DNA of 64,000 nucleotides, taken from positions 128,001-192,000 of the forward strand of contig CBDCOH010000002.1 in NCBI GenBank assembly GCA_965219685.1. Reading direction: 5' to 3'. Positions within the stretch are counted from its first letter, which is position 1. Each line of letters starts with the position of its first letter. The translations under genes and the position numbers were made by a program. This document shows, piece by piece, positions 44,328 to 59,300 of this stretch. The notes beneath the pieces are model-generated. The model worked only from the letters and a program-made list of their open reading frames with translations. It did no database searches and was not told the DNA's origin. Origin of the DNA: Candidatus Spongiisociaceae bacterium. GTDB taxonomy: Bacteria; Actinomycetota; Acidimicrobiia; Spongiisociales; Spongiisociaceae.

Positions 44328-47300
44328 CTAGCCACGACCGCGGTTGTCTTCACCGCGCCGATCGTGGACGACAGGCTCTCTGAGAAGGCCGAGAAGTTCA
44401 GGGTCACGCTGGAAGTCGACACGGCAGCGCTGCGGGGCAACCTGACTCTCCCCAACCCCTCCGCGATCACCGAGATCGCGGAAAGCGACCCGATACGCGT
44501 GGATCTGGTGGGTCCGCTGGCGGTCAACGAGGGTGGCATCGCCACCTACCACGTCCTGCTTTCCTCGTCGGGAGGCATACCTAGCTCGGAGTTGGGCGTC
44601 GACTACGCCACGAAGGACGTCAGCGCCACCGCCGGCGATGACTACGTCGCCAAGTCCGGCGCCCTGATCTTCGCCCCGACGGACCACGGGCCCAAGCAAG
44701 TGCAGGTGAGCATCCTGTCGGACGACGTCGACGAGGATGACGAGGCCTTCGACTTCGCTATCTCCGACCCCATGGGCGGTGGCGGGCCGACACCCGCCCT
44801 GGGCAACGCATCCGTGTCCACGACCATCACCAGCGGCGAGATCACCGTGCCGTCCATCGCACTATCGACCCGGCCCAGTTCCATCTCCGAAGACCCACCC
44901 GAGACGCCGGAGTCACTCGGTGAGAAGAAACTGCCCGATCATGGTGAGTTGGTGACTGTGAAAGCCGTGCTCGACGCCGACCAACCCTTCCCATGGGATA
45001 CGGAGGTCACCCTCAGCTTCGCAGGAACGGCTTCCGACCCCCACGATTACAGCGTGATAACCAGTAAGACCGTGACCATCCCTGCAAACTCGCTCAGCGG
45101 GACGGGCGAACTGTTCATCACCGCAGTGGACAATCCCGTGCTGGACGGCGCTAGGACCATCGATGTGGAGGGAAGCGCCGTCGGCATCTCGAGTGTCAGC
45201 CCGGCCACCGTAACGATCGTGGATGACGACAAGGCCACAGTGACCCTGACCTCATCAGCGACCGTGGTCAACGAGGGTTCGTCGGTGCGGTTCGATGCGC
45301 GGCTGTCGCATGCAGTGGGCGCCGAGGTGACAGTGGGCTGGAGGGCAACCGGTCCCGACGCCGGGGACTTCTCTCCCGCTTCGGGCTCGGTCACCTTCCC
45401 CGCCGACTCCGGTCCCGGGGCGGTCCGGAGCTTCACCATAGACATCAAGGACGACGACCTTTCAGAGACGACCGAGGTCTTGACGGTAAAGCTGGGCAAT
45501 CTGTCCGTCGATGGCCCTAGCAGAACCAGGTCCAATGTCGTTGTGAACCCGTCCGCGGCGAGTGCCGTCATCCCCTCCAACGACGCCATCGTTGTCAGTG
45601 TCTCCGCACCGGAGGACGATGAAGGACAGCCTTTGGATCCGGTGGTGGAGGGCGACACCACAGGCACGTACACGGTCACCCTCAGCAAGATTCCCACCGC
45701 TGACCTCACGGTGGACCTTGCGACCGTTGATGACTCCGCATTGGCCGCCGACGACTACACCGCCAAGTCCGAGACGTTGACCTTCAGCGCCGCGGCCAAG
45801 GAGACCACCAAGACCCTTACCCTCGCCACAACCGAGGACGACCTGACCGAGGGCACCGAGTCCTTCGACCTGGTGCTCTCCAGCCCACAGGGAGGCGGAG
45901 GTCCGGCCCCCACCCTGGATGCGGCGGACAGTTCTTTGGAAGTGGAGATCGACGACGACGACTTCGCCGTGCTGAGCATCCAGACCGTGGTGGGCCAGGT
46001 CGAGGAGGGCGGGGCCGCCCAGTTCAGAGTGATCCTGTCGAAGCAGGTGAACGCAGACGTTACGGTGGGCTGGTCCGCCGGCGACGACCCCGGTGCGGAC
46101 CGATCTCCGGACTCGGGCGCGGTGACCTTCCCCGCCAATTCGGCGGCCGGCGCAACCCGGACCATCACCGTGAACATCGCCGACGACGCCCTCACCGAGC
46201 CGGCCGAGACATTCACCGTAAAGCTGGGCGGGATCGTGACCGATCTCCAGTCGATGGTCAGCGTCCACTCCGGGTCCGGGTCGGCCGACGCCACGATCGC
46301 GGAGAGCGATCCTGTTACCGTGGGACTCTCCGGCCCGACCCAAGTCTTGGTCAACGGTCAAGCCGAGTACCGCGTGTCGCTCGACCGGTTCCCGGCAGCC
46401 GACCTCACCGTGTCCTACGGCACCTCCAACGGGACGGCGTCGGCCGGTGTCGACTACACGGCTACCTCCGGCGTGCTCACCTTTGCGGCGGGCGAGACCG
46501 CAAAGACCGTGGCCGTGCCGGTGCTCGCTCCCGGTGCCGGGAAGACCTTCAACTTCGGCATCCTCAGTCCCGGAGGGGGCGGCGGGCCAACCCCGCAGCT
46601 GGGCACACCCTCCGACATCACCACCACGATCGTTGCCGCCAACGCAACGCCGGTCAACCGCAATCTGTTCCGGCTGTCGGCGGCGCCCAACCGCGTGACA
46701 GAGAGCGACGGCGCCACGACTGTGACCGTCACCGCCACCCTCGACGAGAACCAGAGCCTTGACCGCGATGTGGAGATCCAGATAGGCGCCCACGGCGGCG
46801 GCACTGCCGAGGAGGGCGTCGACTACACCTTCTCGCCAATCGCAGGGAGCGCGATCACGGTGGGGACCGGCAAAACGTCCGGTTCGGTGAACTACACCCT
46901 CACCCCCATCGACGACGGCCAGGAAGAGGATCCCGAGACCATCGTCGTCCGAGGCGCATCATCCGACGACCTGCAGATTGTCGATGCCGCTATCACCATC
47001 ACCGATCCTGCTCCTGTCAGCTCGGAGACCACGAGCGCCATCACCCTCAGCGCCAGCCCCGACACTGTCAGGGAGGATGCGGCTTCGGCTGTCGACGTCA
47101 CGGTGACCGCCACCCTTGAGGAGGGCGTCACGCTGGAGACGGATGTGACGGTGACCATCAGCCTCGGCGGTACCGCGAGTTCTTCGGACTACGCGGCGTC
47201 GGCGCTGGCGAGTGTGACGATTCAGGCCGGTCAGGGTTCGGGTTCGGGAACCTTGCGGGTGACCCCCATCGACAATGCGGTGGCAGAGGGCGACAAGACC

Positions 47301-50300
47301 CTCGTCGTGAACGGCGCAGCCGCTGGATTCGACGTGACAGGGGCGACCATCACCATCAGCAACGACGATGATGCGCCGTCGAGTATTTCGTTGTCGGTGG
47401 GTCCCGACAGCTTGGATGAGGGTGATTCGGCTACCGGGGTGACGGTGACGGCTACGTTGGATGGGGACACCACGCTCCCGTCGGTGACGGCGGTGACTAT
47501 CGGCCTGGGTGGGACAGCTGGGTCTTCGGATTATGGGGTGTCGTCGTTGGCGAGCGTGTCGATTCCTGCCGGTGAGTCGTCGGGTACGGGCACGCTGACG
47601 GTGACGCCGACCGATGATGAGGTGGTGGAGGGTGATGAGACGATCACCGTGGGTGGGTCGGCGAGCGGGTTCACCGTCAGCGGGGCGACAATCACTCTTT
47701 CGGATGACGACGCGACGGAGTTGTCGATCAGCGGCCCGTCCGGCAACGTGGCTGAAGGTTCCAACGCCACTTACACGGTCACACTCTCCAAGGCGGTCGC
47801 CAAGCAGGTGAAGGTGGCTTGGTCGGCTACGGCGGGCACCGCGGAGGATGCGGACTTCTCGCCTGCTTCGGATTCGGTCACGTTCGCGGCGGGTTCGGCG
47901 GCCGGGGCGACCCGGAGTTTCGATGTGGCTGTGGCCGACGACAACCTCTCGGAGGGGACGGAGACGTTCACCGTGGCCTTGGGAGCGATCACGTCTGATG
48001 TCTCGTCACAGGTGTCGGTGAAGTCGGGCTCCGGGTCGGTGACGACCACGATTGCGGAGTCGGATCCGATCACAGTTTCGCTGTCCGGTCCGAGCACTGT
48101 GACGGAGGGTGATACGACCACGAGTTATACGGTGTCGTTGTCGCCGTCGGGTGTGACCCCGACTGCTGACCTGACTGTTGCCTATGCGACTTCAGCCGGG
48201 TCGGCGACTGCGGGGTCTGACTACACCTCCAAGTCGGGCACGTTGACCTTCACCCCGTCGGATGCGGCGGACAAGACCGTGGCCGTGGCCACGGTTGAGG
48301 ACTCTTTGGATGAGTCGGGTGAGACGTTTACGTTGGCGACTTCGAGTCCGCAGGGTGGTGGGGGTCCTGCGCCGTCGTTGAGTAGTACGGCGAAGTCGGT
48401 GACGACCACGATCACCGATGATGATGACACGCCTACGGGTATCACTCTGTCGGTGGATCCGGCCAGTTTGGATGAGGGTGACTCGGCTACCGGGGTGACG
48501 GTGACGGCTACCTTGGATGGGGATAGCACGCTTACGTCGGCGACGGCTGTGACTATCGGCCTGGGTGGGACAGCTGGGTCTTCGGATTATGGGGTGTCGT
48601 CGTTGGCGAGTGTGTCGATCCCTGCGGGTGAGGCGTCGGGTTCGGGGACGCTGACTGTCACGCCGACCGATGATGCGGTGGTGGAAGGCGATGAAACGAT
48701 CGTTGTATCGGGTTCGGTTACCGGGTTCACGGTGACTCCGGCCACTATCACGCTGGAGGATGATGACACGGCGGAGTTGTCGGTCAGCGGCCCGTCGGGT
48801 GTGGCTGAGGGGAGCGACGCCACCTATACGGTGACTCTGTCCAAGGAGGCGGCGGCTCAGGTCAAAGTCGTTTGGTCGATCACTGCAGGTACGGCGGCCG
48901 CAGGAGATTATACGGCTACACCGGCCACGCTGACGTTCGGTGCTGGCTCCGCGGCGGGAGCTACACGCACCTTCACGGTGGCTGTGACCGATGATGATCT
49001 GTCGGAGACCTCGGAGACCTTCGGGGTGGCGCTGGGATCGGTGAGTGGTGATCTGGCCGGTCGGGTGTCGGTGAAGTCGGGCGGGGGGTCGGTGACGACG
49101 ACGATTGCGGAGTCGGATCCGATCACAGTTTCGCTCTCTGGTCCCAGCAGTGTCACGGAGGGTGACACGACTTCGAGTTATACGGTGTCGTTGTCGCCGT
49201 CGGGTGTGACCCCGACTGCTGACCTGACTGTTGCCTATGCGACTTCAGCCGGGTCGGCGACTGCGGGGTCTGACTACACCTCCAAGTCGGGCACGTTGAC
49301 CTTCACCCCGTCGGATGCGGCGGACAAGACCGTGGCCGTGGCCACGGTTGAGGACTCTTTGGATGAGTCGGGTGAGACGTTTACGTTGGCGACTTCGAGT
49401 CCGCAGGGTGGTGGGGGTCCTGCGCCGTCGTTGAGTAGTACGGCGAAGTCGGTGACGACCACGATCACCGATGATGATGACACGCCTACGGGTATCACTC
49501 TGTCGGTGGATCCGGCCAGTTTGGATGAGGGTGATTCGGCGACCGGGGTGACGGTCACGGCCACTCTGGACGGGGATAGCACGTTGACCTCGGTGACGAC
49601 GGTGACTATCAGCCTGGGCGGGACAGCCGGCTCCTCCGATTATGGGGCGTCGGCTCTGGCGAGCGTCACGATCCCTGCCGGTCAGTCGTCGGGGTCGGGG
49701 ACGTTGACCGTGACGCCGACCGATGATGCGGTGGTGGAGGGTGACGAGACGATCACCGTGGGTGGGTCGGCTCCCGGGTTCACCGTCAGTGAGGCCACTA
49801 TCACGCTCGAGGATGACGACACGGCTGAGTTGTCGGTCAGCGGCCCCTCGGACAGTGTGGCGGAGGGCACCGACGCTTCATACACGGTCACGCTCTCGAA
49901 GGCGGTTGCCAAGCAGGTGAGAGTGTCCTGGTCAGCCACGGCGGGCACGGCGAAGGCGGCTGATTTCTCGCCTGCTTCGGGTTCGGTGACGTTCGCGGCG
50001 GGTTCGGCCGTCGGCGCCACCCAGAGTTTCGACGTAGCTGTAGCCGATGACGACCTCTCGGAGACTGCGGAGACCTTTACCGTGGCTCTTGGCACGGTGA
50101 GTGGCGACTTATCGGATCTGGTGTCGGTGAAGTCGGGTTCGGGTTCGGTGACTACGACGATTGCGGAGTCGGATCCGATCACTATCAGCCTGTCGGGTCC
50201 CAGCAGTGTTGCGGAGGGTGATACGACTACGAGTTATACGGTGTCGTTGTCGCCGTCGGGTGTGACTCCCACTGCTGATCTGACCGTCAGATACGCGACC

Positions 50301-53300
50301 ACCGCCGGTACGGCCGTTGCCGGTCTGGATTACAAACCAGCGGCGGGCACGTTCACGTTCACTGCCTCTGATACGGCGGACAAGACGATCACTGTGTCGA
50401 CGGCTGAGGACACGTTGGACGAGTCGGGTGAGACGTTCACGTTCGCCATCTCCGATGCGAAGGGTGGTGGCGGTCCGGCGCCGTCATTGAGTAGTACGGC
50501 CAAGTCGGTGACCACCACGATCACCGATGACGACGGCACCCCGTCGAGTATTACTTTGTCGGTCGATCCCAGCAGCCTGGGTGAGGGCGACAAGGCTACG
50601 CAGGTCACGGTGACCGCCACCCTTGATGGGGACAGCACGCTGACGTCGGCCACGACGGTCACAGTCAGTTTGGGTGGCACGGCGGGTTCTGCGGATTACA
50701 GGGCGTCCAAGCTGGCGAGCATAAAGATCCCGGCCGGTCTTGCGTCGGCTTCTGGCAAGCTGACGGTGACCCCGAAGGATGATGCGGTGGTGGAGGGTGA
50801 TGAGACGATTACCGTGGGAGGGTCGGCTACCGGGTTCACGGTGACTCCCGCCACTATCACGTTGGAGGATGACGACACCGCGGAGGTGTACATCACGGGT
50901 CCCTCCTCGAGTGTGACCGAGGGCAACAACGCCACGTACATGGCTACTTTGTCCAAGGTGGTCGCCAAGCAGGTCAGGGTGGCTTGGTCGGCTGCGGCGG
51001 GCACGGCGGAGGCGGCTGACTTCTCGCCTGCTTCGGGTTCGGTGACGTTCGCGGCCGATTCGCCGGCAGGTTCGTCGGAGACGTTCACGGTCACTGCGAC
51101 CGATGATGATCTGTCCGAGGCTTCGGAGACCTTCACCGTGGCTCTTGGCACTGTGAGTGGCGACCTGTCGGATCTGGTGTCGGTGAAGTCGGGTTCGGGT
51201 TCGGCGACTACGACGATTGCGGCGTCGGATCCGATCACTATCAGCCTGTCGGGACCGTCCACGGTGACGGAGGGTGACACGACTACCAGTTATACGGTGT
51301 CGTTGTCGCCGTCGGGTGTGACCCCAACCGCTGACCTGACAGTTGCCTATGCGACTTTGGATGGGTCGGCGACTGCGGGGGATGACTACACCTCCAAGTC
51401 GGGCAAGTTGACGTTCACGGCTTCTGATACGGCGGACAAGACGGTGACTGTGTCGACGGTTGAGGACACTTTGGACGAGTCGGGTGAGACGTTCACGTTG
51501 GCGATTTCGAATCCGCAGGGTGGTGGGGGTCCTGCGCCGTCGTTGAGTAGTACGGCGAAGTCGGTGACAACCTCTATCGCCGACGATGACGGCACCCCGT
51601 CGAGTATTACTTTGTCGGTCGATCCCGACAGTCTGGATGAGGGCGACTCGGATACCGGGGTGACGGTGACGGCTACGTTGGACGGGTCGTCGACGCTCAC
51701 GTCGGCTACGACGGTGACTGTCAGCCTGGGTGGGACGGCTGTCTCTTCGGATTACGGGGTGTCGTCGCTGGCGAGCGTGTCGATCCCGGCCGGTCAGGCG
51801 TCGGGGTCGGGGACGTTGACGGTGACGCCAACCGATGATGCGGTGGTGGAGGGTGATGAGACGATCGTGGTGTCGGGCGCGGTCACCGGGTTCACCGTCA
51901 GTGGGGCGACCATCACTCTTGAGGATGATGACACGGCAGAGGTGTCGATCAGTGGACCGACCGGCAACGTGGCCGAAGGTTCCAACGCCACCTATACGGT
52001 CACTCTGTCCAGTGCGGTGGCCAAGCAGGTGAAGGTGGCGTGGTCGGTCACCCTGGGCACGGCGGAGGCGGCTGATTTCTCGCCTGCTTCGGGTTCGGTC
52101 ACGTTCCCCGCTGGCTCGGCCGCTGGCGCCACCCAGAGTTTCAATGTGGCAATCGCCGATGACGATCTGTCCGAGGGCTCTGAGACGTTCACTGTGAAAT
52201 TGGGAACGATCACGTCTGATGTCTCGTCGCAGGTGTCGGTGAAGTCGGGTTCGGGTTCGGTTACGTCGACGATTGCGGCGTCGGATCCGATCACTATCAG
52301 TCTGTCGGGACCGTCCACGGTGACGGAGGGTGATACCACTACGAGTTATACGGTGTCGTTGTCTCCGTCGGGTGTGACCCCGACTGCCGATTTGACGGTT
52401 GATTATGCGACGGCGGATGGTTCGGCGACTGCGGGGGACGATTACACCTCCAAGTCGGGCACGGTGACCTTTACCCAGTCGGGTGCTGGGCCCCAGACGG
52501 TGACAGTGGCGACCATTGAGGACACTTTGGACGAGTCGGGTGAGACGTTCACGCTAGGCATCTCGAATCCGCAGGGTGGCGGCGGTCCTGCGCCGTCGCT
52601 GAAGAGTACGGCCAAGTCGGTGACCACCACGATTGGTGATGATGATGCCACTCCGTCGAGCATTACTTTGTCGGTCGATCCGGACAGTTTGGGTGAGGGC
52701 GACTCAGCCACCGATGTGACGGTGACCGCGACTCTGGACGGGGATAGCACGCTCACCTCGGGCACGACGGTGACTGTCAGCCTGGGTGGGACAGCCGGCT
52801 CCTCCGATTATGGGGTGTCGGCTCTGGCAAGCGTGTCGATCCCGGCCGGCCAAGCGTCGGGTTCGGGGACGTTGAGGGTGACGCCGACCGATGATGCGGT
52901 GGTGGAGGGTGATGAGACCATCACGGTCGGTGGTTCGGCCACCGGGTTGACTGTCAGTGGGGCGACTATCACTCTCGAGGATGATGACACGGCGGAGTTA
53001 TCGATCAGCGGGCCGTCGTCGAATGTGGCTGAGGGGAGCAGCGCATCCTATACGGTGACCCTGTCCAAGGCGGTGGCCAAGCAGGTCAAGGTGGCGTGGT
53101 CGGTCACCCTGGGGACGGCGGAGGCGGCTGACTTCTCGCCTGCTTCAGGAACGGTGACGTTCGCGGCGGGGTCGGCCGCTGGTGCCACCAAGAGTTTCGA
53201 TGTGGCAGTCGCCGATGACGACCTCTCTGAGGGGACTGAGACGTTCACCGTGACGTTGGGGACGATCACCTCCGATGTCGCCTCAGACGTGTCGGTGAAG

Positions 53301-56300
53301 TCGGGTTCGGGGTCGGCCGCGACCACGATCGCGGAGTCGGATCCGATCACGATCTCGCTTAGTGGGCCGTCCGATGTGGATGAGGGTGACACGACTACCA
53401 GTTATACGGTGTCGTTGTCGCCGTCGGGTGTGACTCCCACTGCTGATCTGACGATTGCCTATGCGACGGCGGCCGGCACGGCCGCGGCCGGGGAAGATTA
53501 CACAACCAAGTCGGGCACGATCACCTTCACCCAGTCGGATAGAGCGGACAAGACGGTCACCGTGGCCACAGTCGAGGACACTTTGGACGAGTCGGGTGAG
53601 ACGTTCACGTTCGCGATTTCGAATCCGCAGGGTGGCGGCGGTCCCGCGCCGTCGCTGAAGAGCACGGCCAAGTCGGTCACGACCACGATTACCGATGATG
53701 ATGCCACGCCTACGGGTATCACGCTGTCGGTCGATCCCGCCAGCCTGGATGAGGGCGACTCCGCCACCGGGGTGACGGTGACCGCCACCTTGGACGGGGA
53801 TAGCACGCTCACGTCGGCGACGAACGTGACTATCAGCCTGGGTGGGACGGCGAGTTCTTCGGATTATGGGGTGTCGTCGTTGGCGAGCGTCACGATCCCG
53901 GCCGGTCAGTCGTCAGGGTCGGGGACGCTGACCGTGACGCCGAAGGATGATACGGTGGTGGAGGGTGATGAGACGATAGTGCTGTCGGGCTCGGCCACCG
54001 GGTTCACCGTGACCGGGGCGACTGTCACTCTTGAGGATGATGACACGGCGGAGTTGTCGATAAGCGGACCGACCGGCAACGTGGCTGAGGGGAACAACGC
54101 CACCTACACGGTCACGCTCTCCAAGGCGGTGGCCAAGCAGGTCAAGGTAGCTTGGACCGTCACCGCAGGTACCGCGTCGTCTTCTGACTACACCGCCACG
54201 CCGTCCACTCTCACGTTTGCGGCCGGTTCCGCGGCGGGCGCTACGGAGACGTTTACGGTGGCTGTGACCGACGATGATCTGTCCGAGACGTCGGAGACGT
54301 TCACTGCGGCGTTGGGGACGATCACCTCTGATATCTCGTCGGAGGTGTCGGTGAAGTCGGCGTCGGCGTCGGCGACGACCACGATCGCGGCGTCGGATCC
54401 GATCACGGTCTCGCTGACCGGTCCGAGCAGCGTGACCGAGGGTGACATGACCACCAGCTATACGGTGTCGTTGTCTCCGTCGGGTGTGACTCCCACTGCC
54501 GATCTGACGGTTGATTATGCGACGGCGGCCGGCACGGCCACGGCAGGGGATGATTACACGACCAAGTCGGGCACGCTGACCTTCACCCAGTCGGAGGCTG
54601 GGGCCCAGACGGTGACAGTGGCTACTGTCGAGGACTCTTTGGACGAGTCGGGTGAGACGTTCACGTTGGCGATCTCGGATCCGAAGGGTGGTGGGGGTCC
54701 CGCGGCGTCGTTGAGTAGCACGGCCAAGTCGGTCACGACCACGATTGGTGATGACGACGCCACTCCGTCGAGTATTACTTTGTCGGTCGATCCCGCCAGT
54801 TTGGGTGAGGGTGACTCTGCCACCGGGGTGACGGTGACGGCTACGTTGGATGGGGATAGCAGGCTCACGTCGGCGACGACGGTGACTGTCAGCCTGGGTG
54901 GGACAGCTGTTTCTTCAGATTATGGGGTGTCGTCGTTGGCGAGCGTGTCGATCCCTGCCGGCCAGGCGTCGGGTTCGGGGACGTTGACCGTGACGCCGAA
55001 GGATGATGCGGTGGTGGAGGGTGATGAGACGATCACGGTCGGTGGTTCGGCCACCGGGTTGACTGTCAGTGGGGCGACGATCACTCTTGAGGATGACGAC
55101 ACGGCGCAGTTGTCGATAAGCGGGCCGTCGTCGAATGTGGCTGAAGGTTCCAACGCCACATACACGGTCACCCTCTCCAAGGCGATTGCCAAGCAGGTGA
55201 AGGTCGCCTGGTCGGCCACCGCAGGTACGGCGTCGTCCTCTGACTACACGGCTGCATCTTCCACTCTCACATTCTCAGCGGGTTCGGCCGCTGGTTCGAC
55301 CCGTACGTTTACGGTGGCTGTGACCGACGATGATCTCTCCGAGGGCACGGAGACGTTCACGGTGGCGTTGGGGACGATCACCTCTGATGTCTCTTCGCAG
55401 GTGTCGGTGAAGTCAGGTTCGGGGTCGGTGACTACGACTATTGCGGCGTCGGATCCGATCACTGTCAGTCTGTCAGGGCCGACGACTGTGGATGAGGGTG
55501 ACACGACTACGAGTTATACGGTGTCGTTGTCGCCGTCGGGTGTGACCCCTACCGAGGATCTGACGGTTGGGTATGGCACCACGGCCGGTACCGCCACGGC
55601 CGGTGTGGATTACACGGCTGCTTCGGGCACGTTGACGTTCACCGCTTCCGACGCGGGGGACAAGACGATCACCGTAGCCACTATTGAGGACACTTTGGAC
55701 GAGTCGGGTGAGACGTTCACGCTGTCGATTCGCAACCCGCAGGGCGGTGGGGGTCCGGCGGCGTCACTCAGTAGTACGGCCAAGTCGGTGATCACCACGA
55801 TCGGTGATGACGACGCCACCCCCACCGCTATCACCCTGTCGGTCGATCCGGACAGTTTGGATGAGGGTGATTCGGCTACGGAGGTGACGGTGACGGCTAC
55901 GTTGGATGGGGATAGCACGCTCACGTCGGCGACGGAGGTAACTGTCAGCCTGGGCGGGACCGCCGGCTCCTCCGATTATGGGGTGTCGGCTCTGGCAAGT
56001 GTCACGATCCCGGCCGGCCAAGCGTCGGGTTCGGGGACGTTGACTGTGACACCGACCGATGATGCGGTGGTGGAGGGTGACGAGACCATCACGATCGCTG
56101 GTTCGGCCAAAGGGTTCACGGTGACCGGGGCGACGCTCACTCTCGAGGATGATGACACGGCGGAGTTGTCGATCAGCGGGCCGTCGGCGAATGTGGCTGA
56201 GGGGAGCAAGGCGTCCTATACGGTGACGCTGTCCGGGGCGGTGGCCGAGCAGGTGAAGGTGGCGTGGTCGGCCTCCCTGGGTACCGCGGAGGCGGCTGAT

Positions 56301-59300
56301 TTCTCGCCTGCTTCGGGTTCGGTGACGTTCGCGGCGGGTTCGGCCGCTGGCGCTACGAAGAGTTTCGATGTGGCTGTAGCCGATGATGATCTCTCCGAGG
56401 GCACGGAGACGTTTACGGTGGCGTTGGGGGCGATCACCTCTGATGTCTCGTCGGAGGTGTCGGTGAAGTCGGGTTCGGGGTCGGTGGCGACCACGATCGG
56501 GGAGTCGGATCCGATCACGATCTCCCTTAGCGGACCGTCCGATGTGGATGAGGGTGACACGACTACCAGCTATACGGTGTCGTTGTCGCCGTCGGGTGTG
56601 ACCCCAACCGCTGACCTGACTGTTGCCTATGCGACTTCGGATGGGTCGGCGACTGCGGGGGATGACTACACCTCCAAGTCGGGCAAGTTGACGTTCACGG
56701 CTTCTGACACGGCGGACAAGACGGTCACCGTTGCCACGGTTGAGGACACTTTGGACGAGTCGGGTGAGACGTTCACGTTTGCGATTTCGAATCCGCAGGG
56801 GGGTGGGGGTCCGGCGGCGTCGTTGAGTAGCACGGCCAAGTCGGTGACAACTTCCATCGCAGACGATGACGGCACCCCGTCGAGTATTACTCTGTCGGTC
56901 GATCCCGCCAGTGTCGAGGAGGGCGACTCGGCAACCGGGGTGACGGTGACCGCCACGTTGGATGGAAATAGCACGCTCACGTCGGCGAAGACGGTGACCA
57001 TCAGCCTGGGCGGGACAGCCGGCGCCTCCGACTATGGGGCGTCGGCTCTGGCGAGCGTCACGATCGCAGCCGGTGAGGAGTCGGGGTCGGGGACGCTGAC
57101 CGTGACGCCGACCGATGATGCGGTGGTGGAGGGTGATGAGACGATCGTGGTGTCGGGTGCGGTTAGCGGGTTCACGGTTTCGGACGCCACTATCACTCTT
57201 GAGGATGATGACACGGCGGAGTTGTCGATCAGCGGGCCGTCGGCGAATGTGGCTGAGGGGAGCAAGGCGTCCTATACGGTGACGCTGTCCAGGGCGGTGG
57301 CGAAGCAGGTGAAGGTGGCGTGGTCGGCCTCCCTGGGTACTGCGGAGGCGGCTGATTTCTCGCCTGCTTCGGGTTCGGTGACGTTCGCGGCGGGTTCGGC
57401 CGCCGGCGCCACGAAGAGTTTCGATGTGGCTGTAGCTGATGATGATCTCTCGGAGGGGACGGAGACGTTTACGGTGGCGTTGGGGGCGATCACGTCTGAT
57501 GTCTCGTCGGAGGTGTCGGTGAAGTCGGGTTCGGGGTCGGTGGCGACGACGATTGCGGAGTCGGATCCGATAACGATCTCGCTTTCTGGTCCCAGCAGCG
57601 TGGCGGAGGGTGATACGACCACCAACTACACGGTGTCGTTGTCGCCGTCGGATGTGACCCCGACTGCTGATCTGACGGTTGACTATGCGACGGCGGCCGG
57701 CACGGCCACGGCAGGCGATGATTACACGACCAAGTCGGGCACGCTGACCTTTACCCAGTCTGATGCGGGGGACAAGACCGTGACCGTTGCCACGGTCGAG
57801 GACTCTTTGGACGAGTCGGGTGAGACGTTCACGTTGGCGATTTCGAATCCGAAGGGTGGTGGGGGTCCGGCGGCGTCGTTGAGTAGCACGGCCAAGTCGG
57901 TGATCACCACGATCGGTGACGACGACGCGACCCCGTCGAGTATTACTTTGTCGGTCGATCCCGACAGTTTGGATGAGGGTGATTCGGCTACGGATGTGAC
58001 GGTGACGGCCACGTTGGATGGGGATAGCACGCGCACGTCGGCGAAGACGGTGACCATCAGCCTGGGCGGGACAGCCGGCTCCTCCGACTACGGGGTGTCG
58101 TCGTTGGCGAGCGTGTCGATCCCGGCCGGTGAGGAGTCGGGTTCGGGGACGCTGACCGTGACGCCGACTGATGATGCGGTGGTGGAGGGTGATGAGACGA
58201 TCGTGGTGTCGGGTGCGGTTAGCGGGTTCACGGTTTCGGACGCCACTATCACTCTTGAGGATGATGACACGGCGGAGTTGTCGATCAGCGGGCCGTCGTC
58301 GAATGTGGCTGAGGGGAGCAAGGCGTCCTATACGGTGACGCTGTCCAGGGCGGTGGCGAAGCAGGTGAAGGTGGCGTGGTCGGCCACGCTGGGTACTGCG
58401 GAGGCGGCTGATTTCTCGCCTGCTTCGGGTTCGGTGACGTTCGCGGCGGGTTCGGCCGCCGGCGCCACGAAGAGTTTCGATGTGGCTGTAGCTGACGATG
58501 ATCTCTCGGAGGGGACGGAGACGTTTACGGTGGCGTTGGGGGCGATCACGTCTGATGTCTCGTCGGAGGTGTCGGTGAAGTCGGGTTCGGGCTCGGCGGC
58601 GACGACGATTGCGGAGTCGGATCCGATCACTATCAGTCTGTCAGGGCCGACGACTGTGGATGAGGGTGACACGACTACGAGTTATACGGTGTCATTGTCG
58701 CCGTCGGATGTGACCCCGACTGCTGATCTGACGGTTGACTATGCGACGGCGGCCGGCACGGCCACGGCCGGGGATGACTACACGACCAAGTCGGGCACGT
58801 TGACGTTCACGGCTTCTGATACGGCGGACAAGACGATCACCGTTGCCACTATTGAGGACTCTTTGGACGAGTCGGGTGAGACGTTCACGTTTGCGATCTC
58901 GGATCCGAAGGGGGGTGGGGGTCCTACGCCGTCGCTGAGTAGTACGGCCAAGTCGGTGACCACCACGATCACCGATGATGATGACGCGCCTACGGGTATC
59001 ACTCTGTCGGTCGATCCGGACAGTTTGGATGAGGGTGACTCGGCTACGGGTGCGACGGTGACGGCCACGTTGGATGGGGATAGCACGCTCACATCGGCGA
59101 CGAAGGTGACTATCAGCTTGGGCGGGACTGCCGGCGCCTCGGACTATGGCGCGTCCGCTTTGGCGAGCGTCACGATTCCTGCCGGCCAAGCGTCGGGTTC
59201 GGGGACGCTAACAGTCACGCCGACTGATGATGCGGTGGTGGAGGGCGATGAGACCATCACGGTGGATGGTTCGGTCACCGGGTTCACCGTCGGTGGGGCG

